Part shown: positions 18,208-27,975 of the stretch, piece after piece | Layout: the number at the start of each line of letters is the position of its first letter | How positions within the stretch are numbered: the stretch's first letter is position 1 | Source of the DNA: Candidatus Multivoradales bacterium | GTDB taxonomy: Bacteria; Acidobacteriota; Thermoanaerobaculia; Multivoradales; JAHEKO01 | Direction: 5' to 3' | Assembly (NCBI GenBank): GCA_965223855.1 | Contig: CBDCXM010000009.1 | Span: 160,001-224,000 of the forward strand | Length of the DNA: 64,000 nt | The notes under the pieces: generated by a model | Told to the model about the DNA's origin: nothing | Seen by the model: only the letters and a program-made list of their open reading frames with translations | The model's database searches: none | Translations under genes and position numbers: made by a program

Positions 18208-19560
18208 TCAGCCGAGGCCGATGCCGGCGTAGCGAGCCACCGAGTCGCGAGCCAGCATCCGCCGGCCGTCGACCACCAGCGGCTGCCCGTCGCGCCCGCC
18301 GAGCAACTCCGGCAATCGCTCGAACTCTCCCCACCGCGTCATCAGCGCGATTCCATCGACGCCCTCGACCGCCTCCGCGAGCGTCGATGCATAGGAGACT
18401 TCGAGGCCGGCGAGCTCCTTGCGCGCCTCGCCCTCGGCGATCGGGTCGAAGGCGACGACGTCGGCCCCGAGCTCGACCAGCCGGCGCACCACCGGAAGCG
18501 CCGGCGACTCCCGGATGTCGTCGGTCTCCGGCTTGAAGGCGAGACCGAGCACCGCGATCCGGCGACCCGCCACCTCACCCAGACCGTCGATCATCAGATC
18601 GACCACCCGCTCCGGCTGCGCCTCGTTGACGGCGATCACCGCGTCGAGCAGCGCCATCGGCTCCCCGGCCGCCTTGCCGTGAGCGATCAGCGCCTTGACG
18701 TCCTTGGGGAAGCACGAACCACCGAACCCGCAACCCGCTTCGAGGTAGGTCGTGAACCCGGGCGTGACCCGCTCGCCGGCTTCGCGGTCCTCGCCGAGGA
18801 TCGGCGACAGCCGCTTGTCGAGGTGAACACCCCGCATCACCTCGGCGACGTCGACCCCGCCGACTGCGGTCGAGAGATTCGCGATCTCGTTCGAGAACGA
18901 GATCATCGTCGCCAGCACCGAGTTGGCGGCGTACTTGATCATCTCGGCGGTCCTGGGAGTCGTGCGCACGACATCGACTCCTTCGAAGACGGCGTAGAGC
19001 TCTGCCATCGTGTCGATCGCCCGCTCGTCGATGCCGCCGAGGACGATGCGATCGGGATGAAGGAAGTCCTCGACCGCCTCACCCTCGCGAAGGAACTCCG
19101 GATTCATGCCGACGCCGAAGTCGCGGCCCGGCTCGAGGCCGGAGGCCTCCGCCACCGCCGGCAGCACGACCTCCTCGGTCGTCCCCGGCACGACGGTGCT
19201 CTTGACGACCACGACGTGGTAGCCCTCTTTGTCCGCGAGCGCCGCACCGATCTGACGTGCCGCCTGCTCGACGTAGGAAAGATCGATCCGCTCCCCAGCG
19301 AACGGCGTCCCGACGGCGATCAGCGTGAGGTCGCTGCCGGCGACCGCCGGGGCGAGTTCCGTCGTCGCCGTCAGCCGTTCTCCGACGAGCGGCGCCATCA
19401 GGGTCTCGAGGCCACGCTCGTGGATCGGCGGCTCGCCGCGATTGATGCGCTCGACCTTCGCGTCGTCGATGTCGATGCAGATCACCTCGTGGCCGAGATG
19501 CGCCAGGCAGGCTCCGCTGACGAGGCCGACGTAGCCGGTGCCGACGATCGAGACCTTCAT
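18208..19560 (-). CDS. ugd: UDP-glucose 6-dehydrogenase
   Basis: MKVSIVGTGYVGL, VVKSTVVPGTT, NPEFLREG, GFGGSCFPKD, GLAFKPETDDIRESP. Confidence 0.93.
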   Translation of the reverse strand: MKVSIVGTGYVGLVSGACLAHLGHEVICIDIDDAKVERINRGEPPIHERGLETLMAPLVGERLTATTELAPAVAGSDLTLIAVGTPFAGERIDLSYVEQAARQIGAALADKEGYHVVVVKSTVVPGTTEEVVLPAVAEASGLEPGRDFGVGMNPEFLREGEAVEDFLHPDRIVLGGIDERAIDTMAELYAVFEGVDVVRTTPRTAEMIKYAANSVLATMISFSNEIANLSTAVGGVDVAEVMRGVHLDKRLSPILGEDREAGERVTPGFTTYLEAGCGFGGSCFPKDVKALIAHGKAAGEPMALLDAVIAVNEAQPERVVDLMIDGLGEVAGRRIAVLGLAFKPETDDIRESPALPVVRRLVELGADVVAFDPIAEGEARKELAGLEVSYASTLAEAVEGVDGIALMTRWGEFERLPELLGGRDGQPLVVDGRRMLARDSVARYAGIGLG

Positions 19561-20708
19561 CGCTCGTCGTCCTCACGGTTGCCCGCGTACCAGACGAGGG
19601 CCCGCCGCAGACCGTCTTCGAAGGAGACTCCAGGTTCGTAGCCGATCTCCTCGCGCGCCTTGTCGATCACCGGACAGCGCCGGTTCGGGTTGTCGACCAG
19701 ATAGTCGGCGTCCTCGCTCTTTTCGCGGACGACGCTCCCCTCGTAGCCGAAGAGCTCGCCCCCAAGCGCCACGACCCGCTCGGCAAGCTCCGCCATCGAG
19801 ATCTCCGGCCGGTCGGTGCCGATGTTGTAGGGCTCGCCGCGACCGCCGCCCACGAGAATCTTGAAATATCCGGCGACCGCGTCGGCGACGTAGCAGAAGG
19901 TGCGGGTCGCCGAGCCGTCCGAGAGCATCACGATGTCGCGCCCGGCGAGCACGTCGCGGGCGAAGTCGGGAAGGACCCTTCGGTCGCCGAGCTTGAGGCC
20001 GGGGCCGTAATTGTTGAACGGCCGCGCGATCGAGACCGGCACACCGCGCTCGGCGGCGAAGTTGACGCACAGCGTCTCGCCGTAGCGCTTCGACTCGTCG
20101 TAGCAGGCCCGCGGCCCGGTGCACGAGACGTTGCCGCGGTAGCTCTCGGGCGTCGGGATCGACTCCGGATCCGGATCGCCGTAGATCTCGCTGGTCGAGA
20201 AGAAGAGGAAGCCGCGAACGGGCAGGCCGTTCTGTTCCTGGTCGCGCGCCCAGTCGAGAAGCTGGCGCAGGCCGCCGACGTTGGCGTCCATCGTCTCGAT
20301 CGGGTTCTGCCGGTAGAACGTCGGCGAGGCGATCGACGCCGCATGGATCACCCAGTCGAAGTCCGGCATGTCGACCGGCAGCGGATGGGTGATGTCGTGG
20401 CGCCGCAGCTCCAGATGAGGGTCGGACTCGAGGACTTCGAGCCAGCCGGGGACGCCGCGTGAGTAGTTGTCGAAGACGGTGACGGAGATCGGCTCACCGA
20501 GCCCGAGCCCGTTCCAGGCGAGCGGCGCCTGCACCAGGTAGTAGCCGAGGAAACCGGCGCCGCCGGTGACGAGCAGCCGGCCGCCGGCCATGGCTGCGAA
20601 CTCGTCGGCCAGCGCGGCGGTGAGCTCTTCGAGGTCGCCCGCCACGACATCGGTCGCGGCGTCGCGCCAGTAGGACTCGTCGTCCAGGGAGACGAAGGAT
20701 TCGGGCAT
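19557..20708 (-). CDS. NAD-dependent epimerase/dehydratase, UDP-glucuronate decarboxylase (UXS)-like
   Basis: VTGGAGFLG, HAASIASP, STSEIYGDP, GPRACYDESKRYGE, RPFNNYGP, TRTFCYV. Confidence 0.88.
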   Translation of the reverse strand: MPESFVSLDDESYWRDAATDVVAGDLEELTAALADEFAAMAGGRLLVTGGAGFLGYYLVQAPLAWNGLGLGEPISVTVFDNYSRGVPGWLEVLESDPHLELRRHDITHPLPVDMPDFDWVIHAASIASPTFYRQNPIETMDANVGGLRQLLDWARDQEQNGLPVRGFLFFSTSEIYGDPDPESIPTPESYRGNVSCTGPRACYDESKRYGETLCVNFAAERGVPVSIARPFNNYGPGLKLGDRRVLPDFARDVLAGRDIVMLSDGSATRTFCYVADAVAGYFKILVGGGRGEPYNIGTDRPEISMAELAERVVALGGELFGYEGSVVREKSEDADYLVDNPNRRCPVIDKAREEIGYEPGVSFEDGLRRALVWYAGNREDDER

Positions 20709-20810
20709 TTCTGGGGGTCCTGTCGCAGGGCCGCGACGGCGGGAACGCGCCGCTCGGAGAGATACCGATGGTATCAGGGAGCCGCCACGCCCCCTTTCGA
20801 GCCGCGCACG

Positions 20811-20838
20811 AAAAACGGCCGGGGCGAACCCCGGCCGT
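20811..20838 (-). terminator. Intrinsic terminator after the TonB receptor gene
   Basis: Minus strand ACGGCCGGGG-TTCG-CCCCGGCCG-TTTTT. Confidence 0.85.
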
Positions 20839-20861
20839 CGATACCTCGATGAAGCCGAAGG

Positions 20862-22931
20862 CTAGAAGCGGAAGCTCACCTTGCCCGTGACCTTGCGCCC
20901 GATGATGTCGCCGAAGACGTGCTGCTGAATGTCCTCGTCGGCGACGTTCTGCGCATCGACGCGGAAGGTGCCCTTGCCGTCCATGAAGTAGACGCCGAAG
21001 CCGAGGTTGATCTGCTCGAACGCCGGGGTCGGTCCATGGAAGCGGGAGTCGAGGACATCGGTCCAGAACGCCTCGTCCTGGTAGTTGACGTTCGCGTTCC
21101 AGAACCAGCGGTCGGCGGTGTAGGAGAGCCCGATGTTGGCCCGGTTCTCCGGCGGAATGCCGACGTCGGCCTGAGGAATGCCGGTGACCTCCGGCTCGTC
21201 CTGGTAGGAGTAGTTGAAGAACCAGGACCAGGTGTCGTTCGGATTGCCGTTGAGCGAGAACTCGAGTCCCTGATTGATCGACTCGCCGACGTTGCGGTAG
21301 GAGAAGACCGACGGGAAGAGACCGGCGAGACCACCGAACTGCGGCGGCACGTCGAGGACGAACGTCGGGAACGGGAAGTTCGGCGGAGGATTGGCCGCCG
21401 TGTAGACGTTGCGGGTGAAGAAGTCGATGTCGTCGGTCGTCTCGTTGCGGTAGATCGACAGCGTCATCATCGTGCCGTTGCCGAAGGTGCCGACGTAGCC
21501 GACCTCGAGAGCGTCGAGCTGCTGCTCGGTGAGATCGGGGTTGCCGATCGCGAGCGACGGGAAGACGTAGGGCAGCGGCCCCGCCGGCGTCGGCAGCGTC
21601 ACGAGGTTGATGATCGTGATGTCGAGGAAGTTGTTGATCAGCGACGGCGCCCGGAACGCGCGGTTATAGGAGAGCCGCACCGTGTGGTAGGTGCTCGGCG
21701 AGATCATCAGGCTCGTCCGCGGCGAGACCACCGAACCGATCGGGTCGAGGTCGTCCCAGCGTGCGCCGACCAGCCAGCGCACCTTGTCGCCGATCAGGAT
21801 CTCGTCCTGGACGAAGACACCGAACTCGTCGCGGCTGTCGCCCTGCGGGGCGATCGTGATGTCGAACGAGTTGGTGCGCGCCGTCGCGCCGAAGGTGAAG
21901 ACGTGGTTGCCGCCCACCACCTTGGTATCGGTGTAGTCGGCGCTCACGGTGTCGCTGTTGAAGCCGAGCACCAGCGGCCGGCCGTCGGGACCGACGGTCA
22001 GCAGATTGTCCCCCTCACCGTCGAGGACGTTGACGAAGAGACCGAAGCGCTTGGCGTACTTGCTCCACGAGACCTGGCCGTAGCTCAGGCTGGTCGAGGA
22101 GTCGATGTCGAACGGGCCGATACCGGTGTGGATGATGCCGTCGGTCGCCGCGCGGCCGAAGCCGAAGCGCAGCGTCGAGTCGGGCGTCAGGTCATAGTCC
22201 CACCGCAGATCGACCTTCGGTTGGCTCGTCCCCTGGTTGTCGATCGTCGGGTACGGCGTGTTGGTGCCCGGGATCGTGCCGACCGGACGGTCGTAGGGAT
22301 CCTGCTCGTAGTAGCCGGCCGAGAACTTGAAGCCGAGCTTCTCCGAAGCGCGGGCGTGCGAGACGTTCGCCAGCAGGGTCCCGAACTCACCCCCGCCGAT
22401 GGTCACCGAGGTGCCCTCCATCTCGCGCGGGCTCTTGGTGATGACGTTGACGACACCGGTCTGGGCGTTGGCACCCCACACCGCGCTGCCGGGACCGCGC
22501 ACGACCTCGATCTGCTTGATCTCGTGCGGATCGGAGGGCATGAACTCCCAGACGACGAAGCCGAAGAAGTCGAGGTAGATCGAGCGGCTGTCGACCAGCA
22601 CGAGCTGGCTCGTCGCCAGCGAGTTGGTCGAAGCGCGGCTGGTGATGTTGACGTCACGCGCGCTGATCTGGGTGACGTTGACCCCCGGGACATTACGCAG
22701 GATGTCGCCGTAGTCGTCGACCGGTGCCGTCTCGAGCGCTTCGGCGGAGATCACCGTCATCGACGCGGGCGCCTCCTGCAAGCGCTGCTCCGTTCGGGAA
22801 GCGGTGACGACCATGACCTCTTCGACGCGTTCGAGTTCCTCGCCCTCGGCGTCGTCAGCTTCTTCCTGCGCGACCGCCATCGTGGCACCCAACGCGGCGA
22901 CGAGCAGCAGCATCCAGAGCTTCTTTTGCAT
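20862..22931 (-). CDS. TonB-dependent receptor (CirA/BtuB-like architecture)
   Basis: MQKKLWMLLLVAALGATMAVAQ signal; TonB-box-like EEVMVVTASR; IKQIEVVRGPGSAVWGANA.GVVNVITK; terminal VSFRF. Confidence 0.92.
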   Translation of the reverse strand: MQKKLWMLLLVAALGATMAVAQEEADDAEGEELERVEEVMVVTASRTEQRLQEAPASMTVISAEALETAPVDDYGDILRNVPGVNVTQISARDVNITSRASTNSLATSQLVLVDSRSIYLDFFGFVVWEFMPSDPHEIKQIEVVRGPGSAVWGANAQTGVVNVITKSPREMEGTSVTIGGGEFGTLLANVSHARASEKLGFKFSAGYYEQDPYDRPVGTIPGTNTPYPTIDNQGTSQPKVDLRWDYDLTPDSTLRFGFGRAATDGIIHTGIGPFDIDSSTSLSYGQVSWSKYAKRFGLFVNVLDGEGDNLLTVGPDGRPLVLGFNSDTVSADYTDTKVVGGNHVFTFGATARTNSFDITIAPQGDSRDEFGVFVQDEILIGDKVRWLVGARWDDLDPIGSVVSPRTSLMISPSTYHTVRLSYNRAFRAPSLINNFLDITIINLVTLPTPAGPLPYVFPSLAIGNPDLTEQQLDALEVGYVGTFGNGTMMTLSIYRNETTDDIDFFTRNVYTAANPPPNFPFPTFVLDVPPQFGGLAGLFPSVFSYRNVGESINQGLEFSLNGNPNDTWSWFFNYSYQDEPEVTGIPQADVGIPPENRANIGLSYTADRWFWNANVNYQDEAFWTDVLDSRFHGPTPAFEQINLGFGVYFMDGKGTFRVDAQNVADEDIQQHVFGDIIGRKVTGKVSFRF

Positions 22932-23286
22932 CCTCTCAATCCTCCAGTTCTTGCCGCCGATCGGCTCGCAGCCCGAAGGGCTGAACGGTCCCCGCGAGAT
23001 CCGAGATAGCGGTCGCTCGAGACGTCTGCCTCGAAAATTCAATGATGGCGCAACTTTAGCACCATGAGGCATTTCCGCCACACAATCGCCACGGAATCGA
23101 CGCTGGACGGCGATGGTTTCGGCCGCGCGCCCGGTGTTACAGTCGTCACTCAATTGAGTGCGATGACTCGCCACGCTCCCGGTACAAGACAGAGCTCCTG
23201 AACGCCGCCGTGCGGCGTGATCGGCTCGGAGTTCGTCCGGTCCTCGAGGTGGGGGGTTGAGAACCTCTTCAAGGAGAACCCTTTTG

Positions 23287-26181
23287 ATGAATCGACGCAG
23301 AGTCTCAGCAGTTTTTGCCTGTCTCGTGGCGAGCCTGCTCGTGCTGACACCGGCTTCGGCCCAACAGGTGCTCGGCTCGATCGGCGGCTACGTCACCGAC
23401 GACAGCGGCGCGGCGCTTCCCGGAGTGACGGTCACCGTCTCCAACGACGACACCGGTGCTTCCCGCGTCATCAGTACCAACGAAGCCGGCCTCTATCGGG
23501 CCAGCGGCCTCCAGGCCGGCAACTACACGGTGACGACCGAGCTCGACGGCTTCCAGAGCGTTCGCCGCGAGAACGTCGTCCTTCAGATCGCACAGGACAT
23601 CGCGATCAACATCGAGATGGCGGTCGGATCGGTCGAAGACGCGATCACGGTGACCGCAGAGTCGCCGCTGATCGAGGTCAGCCGCTCGAGCGCCGCCAGC
23701 TACATCAGTGAGAAGGAGATCGAGGCGCTGCCGATCGCCGGCCGCGACTTCACCGACTTCGCCCTCCTGACACCGACGGTGCAGCGCGATCCGGTCCGTG
23801 GCTTCCTGACGATGAGCGGCCAGCGCGGCATCTACACCGGCATGAACATCGACGGCACGTCGGGCAAGAGCGCCTTCTTCGGCTACGGCCGGGGCGGTGA
23901 GGCGACCGAGAACGACGGCCTCGTCGTCGCTCAGGACTCCGTCAAGGAGTTCCAGGTGATCACCAACGGCTTCGCTCCCGAGTACGGTGCCAACGGTGGC
24001 GGCTACATCAACGTAATCACCCAGTCGGGCACCAACGACCTCAAGGGCTCTGCCTTCTACTACTTCACCGACGACTCGATGACCGCCGACCTGCCGTCGT
24101 CGCCGCTCGACAACTTCAACGGCCGGGACGGCAGTCGCAGCCCCGACGAGTTCGAGCGCACCAACTACGGCGCCTCTCTCGGCGGCGCGTTCGTGCAGGA
24201 CAAGACGCACTTCTTCCTGTCGATCGACCAGAGCGACCGCGATTCCCCGTTCATCCGCAGCATCGACACTCCCGGTCTCTATGACGCGATCATCGCGCAG
24301 GACGCCGTGATCCCGGGTCTTGCGGATCTCGTGTCGGACTACACCCGCAACGCCGACGGCACCGCCTCGGGCCTCTTCAATCGCAACGTCGACAACCGGA
24401 TCATCTTCTTCAAGATCGACCAGCAGTTCAACGACTCGCACAGCGGTACCTTCCGGGTCAACAACACCGACTACGAGCGCACCAGCACCTTCAAGGACGA
24501 GGAGTCGCTGAAGGTCGAGGACACCCGCTCGTTCGTCGCCTCGGTCGTCTCGGTGCTCGGCGGCAACAAGGTCAACGAGTTCCGGATTCAGTCGGCGACC
24601 GACGATCTCGATCGCCAGTCGCTGCGCGTCGGAGGCCAGATCGAAGCGCAGGTGCAGTTCCGCTTCGACGAGTTCGACCAGATCGGCAAGTTCGACTTCC
24701 TGCCGATCATCGCGGAAGAGGACAAGCTGCAGATCCAGAACAGCTTCTCCTACATCTTCGGCAACCACGACCTCAAGTTCGGCATCGACTATCAGAAGGA
24801 CGATCTCGCTCAGGTCTTCAAGGGGAGCTCGGACGGTCGCTACCGTTTCAACTCCCTCGAGGACTTCATGAACAACGATCCGTCCTCGGTGCGCATCTAC
24901 TTCGGCAACGTCGCGTTCCCGAACTACGACGAGGCTCAGACGCTGACCGCGATCTACGCTCAGGACTCGTACCGGCCCAACTCGAAGCTGACGCTCAACT
25001 ACGGCTTCCGCTTCGGTCAGACCGACAATCCGAGCGGGCTGACGCACGTCTTCGACATCGGCCGGAGCATTCCGGACGACACCGACAACTTCGCGCCGCG
25101 CTTCGGCTTCGCCTATCAGCTCGGCGACGACGGCTCGCAGGTCATCCGCGGCGGCATCGGCCTCTTCTACGGCCGCACGCCGACGCTGCTGTTCGCCAGC
25201 CAGGTGCAGGAGAACGGCCTGTTCCCCAACTTCGGCCGCGTGACCATCGGCCCCGGCGACATCGGCTACGTGCCTCTCGGCCAGCCGATCGACAACACCA
25301 ACCCGCCGCCGGACACGATCCCGTCGACGAGCTACCTCGAGCCCGGCTTCCAGGACCCCGAGACCACCCGCATCAACCTCGGTTACGAGCGCGAGCTCGG
25401 CACCAGCGGTTGGTCGGCCGGCGTCGACGCGGTCTATGCCGACGGCAAGAACCTGCAGTCGAACGTCGATCTCAACAAGGAGCAGCTGGCCTACGACGAG
25501 TTCGGCCGTCCGCGCTTCTCGTTCTCGCGTCCCGATTCCAACTTCAACCAGATCTTCGTCCGCCGCTCGATCGGCGAGTCCGAGTACAGCGCGCTCACCT
25601 TCAAGGTGAATCGCCGGTTCCGCGGCCGCTATCAGCTTCAGGCGCACTACACCTGGTCGGAGGACAAGTCGACCGACGACAACGAGCGCAGCGCCACGAG
25701 CGTCACCGTCTCGGACCCGACCAACCCGGGCTACGACTACGGTCTCTCGGACCGCGACGTCACCGACCGGCTGGTCGTGAGCGGCCTCGTCGATCTGCCG
25801 TGGAAGCTGCGTCTTTCCGGTAGCGCCGAGTACCGCTCCGGCACGCCGTACACGGGGATCGACTCCGACAACGACTTCGACTACTGCGGTTCGGGTTTCG
25901 GCAACTGCCCGGACACCCGCGCCGTCGTCGGTGGGCGTGTCGTGCCGCGCAACTCGTTCCGCAACGAGTCGGTGCAGCGGGTCGATGTCCGCCTGGCGCG
26001 TTCGTTCGCTATCGGCAAGGTCGATCTCGATCTCTTCTACGAGGCGTTCAACCTGTTCGACGACAACAGCTTCTCCGTCGGCGGCGGTCAGAACGATCCG
26101 TCCGAGGAGGATTTTGGCCTCGGCGACGACCTCATCACTCAGCCGCAGACCTTCCAGTGGGGCGTTCGCATCCGCTACTAG
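23287..26181 (+). CDS. Oar-like TonB-dependent receptor with carboxypeptidase-regulatory-like N-domain
   Basis: Signal peptide; GAALPGVTVTV; LPIAGRDFTDFALLTP; DSVKEFQVITNGFAPEYG; NFAPRFGFAY; terminal WGVRIRY. Confidence 0.92.
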   Translation: MNRRRVSAVFACLVASLLVLTPASAQQVLGSIGGYVTDDSGAALPGVTVTVSNDDTGASRVISTNEAGLYRASGLQAGNYTVTTELDGFQSVRRENVVLQIAQDIAINIEMAVGSVEDAITVTAESPLIEVSRSSAASYISEKEIEALPIAGRDFTDFALLTPTVQRDPVRGFLTMSGQRGIYTGMNIDGTSGKSAFFGYGRGGEATENDGLVVAQDSVKEFQVITNGFAPEYGANGGGYINVITQSGTNDLKGSAFYYFTDDSMTADLPSSPLDNFNGRDGSRSPDEFERTNYGASLGGAFVQDKTHFFLSIDQSDRDSPFIRSIDTPGLYDAIIAQDAVIPGLADLVSDYTRNADGTASGLFNRNVDNRIIFFKIDQQFNDSHSGTFRVNNTDYERTSTFKDEESLKVEDTRSFVASVVSVLGGNKVNEFRIQSATDDLDRQSLRVGGQIEAQVQFRFDEFDQIGKFDFLPIIAEEDKLQIQNSFSYIFGNHDLKFGIDYQKDDLAQVFKGSSDGRYRFNSLEDFMNNDPSSVRIYFGNVAFPNYDEAQTLTAIYAQDSYRPNSKLTLNYGFRFGQTDNPSGLTHVFDIGRSIPDDTDNFAPRFGFAYQLGDDGSQVIRGGIGLFYGRTPTLLFASQVQENGLFPNFGRVTIGPGDIGYVPLGQPIDNTNPPPDTIPSTSYLEPGFQDPETTRINLGYERELGTSGWSAGVDAVYADGKNLQSNVDLNKEQLAYDEFGRPRFSFSRPDSNFNQIFVRRSIGESEYSALTFKVNRRFRGRYQLQAHYTWSEDKSTDDNERSATSVTVSDPTNPGYDYGLSDRDVTDRLVVSGLVDLPWKLRLSGSAEYRSGTPYTGIDSDNDFDYCGSGFGNCPDTRAVVGGRVVPRNSFRNESVQRVDVRLARSFAIGKVDLDLFYEAFNLFDDNSFSVGGGQNDPSEEDFGLGDDLITQPQTFQWGVRIRY

Positions 26182-26203
26182 GTCTCGACCGAGCAGTCCT
26201 TTC

Positions 26204-26234
26204 ACGGCGGCCTCCTCCGGGGGCCGCCGTTTTT
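26204..26234 (+). terminator. Intrinsic terminator
   Basis: ACGGCGGCC...GGCCGCCGT followed by a T run. Confidence 0.8.
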
Positions 26235-26305
26235 CTATTGCCGGAGCCCGATTCGGATCGCCTTGGAACCGGCCGGCGGAGAGATGCTCGTCGGGCGCTC
26301 CCTTG

Positions 26306-27931
26306 TCAGTGAGACGTGGCGAGGATGAAACGCCGGCCGCAGCGAAGACGCTCGAAGCGAACTCGCCGACCGTCGAGGTGGCTCACCTCGAGAGTCGTCT
26401 CGTCTCGACCGCACGCCAGCACGACCTCGGCCGCGCTCTGGGAGAGGTAGCTCGGCGCTCTCTCGAGCCCTCGGTGCTGGCCGTCATCGGTTCTCCACCT
26501 CGAGTGCCAGAGGTCGATCGACTCGCGGGCGAAGGTGATCGAAACCGATCGTCCGCTCCCCGCACGGTTGTCGAGAACGAGTGCCGGGCCGCCGTTCTGA
26601 GTGAGAACGAGGTCTACATCGCCGTCCCGGTCGAGATCGCCGGCCGCAAGGCCTCGACCGACGAGGGCGGGGTAGCCGCTGTCTCTCTCCTCGAACCGGC
26701 CGTCGCCGTCGTTGACGAAGAACTGCAACGGCTGAGCGTGGCGAAGGGCCGGATCGAACTCCGCGATGTTGTCGATGATGTGGCCGTTGGCAACCGCGAG
26801 GTCGAGGTCTCCGTCGAGGTCGAGGTCGGCCATCACGGTACCGAAGCCCACCCAGGGCCGGCTCGGGACTCCGAGACCGGCAGCGTCTGTGGCGTCGAGA
26901 AAGAGGCCGGCCGCGGCGCCGCGATAGAGGGTGTTGGTCTCTTCGTCCAGGTGGGTCGAGAAGAGCTCGGGCCGCCCGTCGCCGTCGAGATCCCCGGCGG
27001 CCAGACCCATGCTGGCCTCCCCCTCTCCGTTGCCGTTGACGGCGAGACCGGCCAGCAGCGCCCCCTCGATCAGCCTCCCATCGCGCACCCGATAGAGGTA
27101 GTTGGCCGTCGTGTCGTTGGCAACGTAGAGATCGATCGTGCCGTCGAGGTCGAGATCGGCCGCGAGAACTCCCAGCCCCCTGCCCTCGTCGCCCTCCATC
27201 ACACCGACCTCGTCATCGAGAGAGGTCCAGGTTCCGTCGCCCTCGTTGCGATAGACGACGTCACGCGCTCCGCGGTAGAGGTCGGGGTGGCAGAAGGCGC
27301 GCAGCCCGGTCTGCGCGTTGCCGCAGAAGAGCGCCCCTTCGGCCTCGAACTCGACGTAGGAGGCGACGTAGAGATCCAGATCGCCGTCGCTCTCAAGGTC
27401 GAAGAACGCCGCACCGGTGCTCCACAAGTCTCCCGAAGCGGTATCGAGTCGCTCGAAGGACCCGTCCCCGCCATTTCGATAGAGGACGTTGGGGCCGTAG
27501 TTCGTCACGTAGAGGTCGGGCCAACCGTCTCCGTCGACGTCGCCGACCACCACGCCCATGCCGAGTCCGAGATCGCCGAGCCCCGAGCTTTGCGTTCGGT
27601 CGACGAAGGTGCCGTCATCCTGCTGCTCGAGCAGCAGGTTGCCCCGCCAACGCTGCGGGCCGGCCGCTTCCACCGGAGCCCCCTGCACGAGATAGAGGTC
27701 GAGGTCACCGTCGAGGTCGTAGTCGAAAATCGCCACGCCGGCACCCATGTTCTCGGGCATGTGCTTCTCGCCTGTCTGGAAGGTGCGATGCTCGAAGATC
27801 ACTCCGCGCTCGACGGCTACATCGACGAAGGCGAGCGTCTCACCCCCTTCGGCACCTCCTGCAGCTACAGCAAACCCGGAGGTCAGGAGCGCCCCCAGGC
27901 CAGCCCGTCGGAAGATCGATGCGCGCCGCAC
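26306..27931 (-). CDS. CRTAC1-family protein (FG-GAP beta-propeller plus divergent ASPIC/UnbV domain)
   Basis: ENMGAGVAIFDYDLDGDLDLYLVQG, GDVDGDGWPDLYVTNYGPN, GRGLAAGDLDRDGDVD, SYLSQS. Confidence 0.88.
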   Translation of the reverse strand: MRRASIFRRAGLGALLTSGFAVAAGGAEGGETLAFVDVAVERGVIFEHRTFQTGEKHMPENMGAGVAIFDYDLDGDLDLYLVQGAPVEAAGPQRWRGNLLLEQQDDGTFVDRTQSSGLGDLGLGMGVVVGDVDGDGWPDLYVTNYGPNVLYRNGGDGSFERLDTASGDLWSTGAAFFDLESDGDLDLYVASYVEFEAEGALFCGNAQTGLRAFCHPDLYRGARDVVYRNEGDGTWTSLDDEVGVMEGDEGRGLGVLAADLDLDGTIDLYVANDTTANYLYRVRDGRLIEGALLAGLAVNGNGEGEASMGLAAGDLDGDGRPELFSTHLDEETNTLYRGAAAGLFLDATDAAGLGVPSRPWVGFGTVMADLDLDGDLDLAVANGHIIDNIAEFDPALRHAQPLQFFVNDGDGRFEERDSGYPALVGRGLAAGDLDRDGDVDLVLTQNGGPALVLDNRAGSGRSVSITFARESIDLWHSRWRTDDGQHRGLERAPSYLSQSAAEVVLACGRDETTLEVSHLDGRRVRFERLRCGRRFILATSH

Positions 27932-27975
27932 GCACCGACTCTAGCCCGTCCTTCGAACGCCGCCGTCCGTCGGAG

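Noticed and set aside
23046-23061. Sigma54-like TGGCGCAACTTTAGCA between the divergent TonB receptor genes
   Set aside because: Mismatch in the TTGC element, and the same bases read as an extended -10 (TGCTAAAGT) on the minus strand; the two cannot be distinguished from sequence alone.
20919-26205. Long antisense ORFs (20919-23009 +, 23305-26205 -) and similar ones elsewhere (e.g. 25931-28357, 13564-15459)
   Set aside because: Shadows of TonB-receptor and CRTAC1 genes in high-GC DNA; no independent coding signal.
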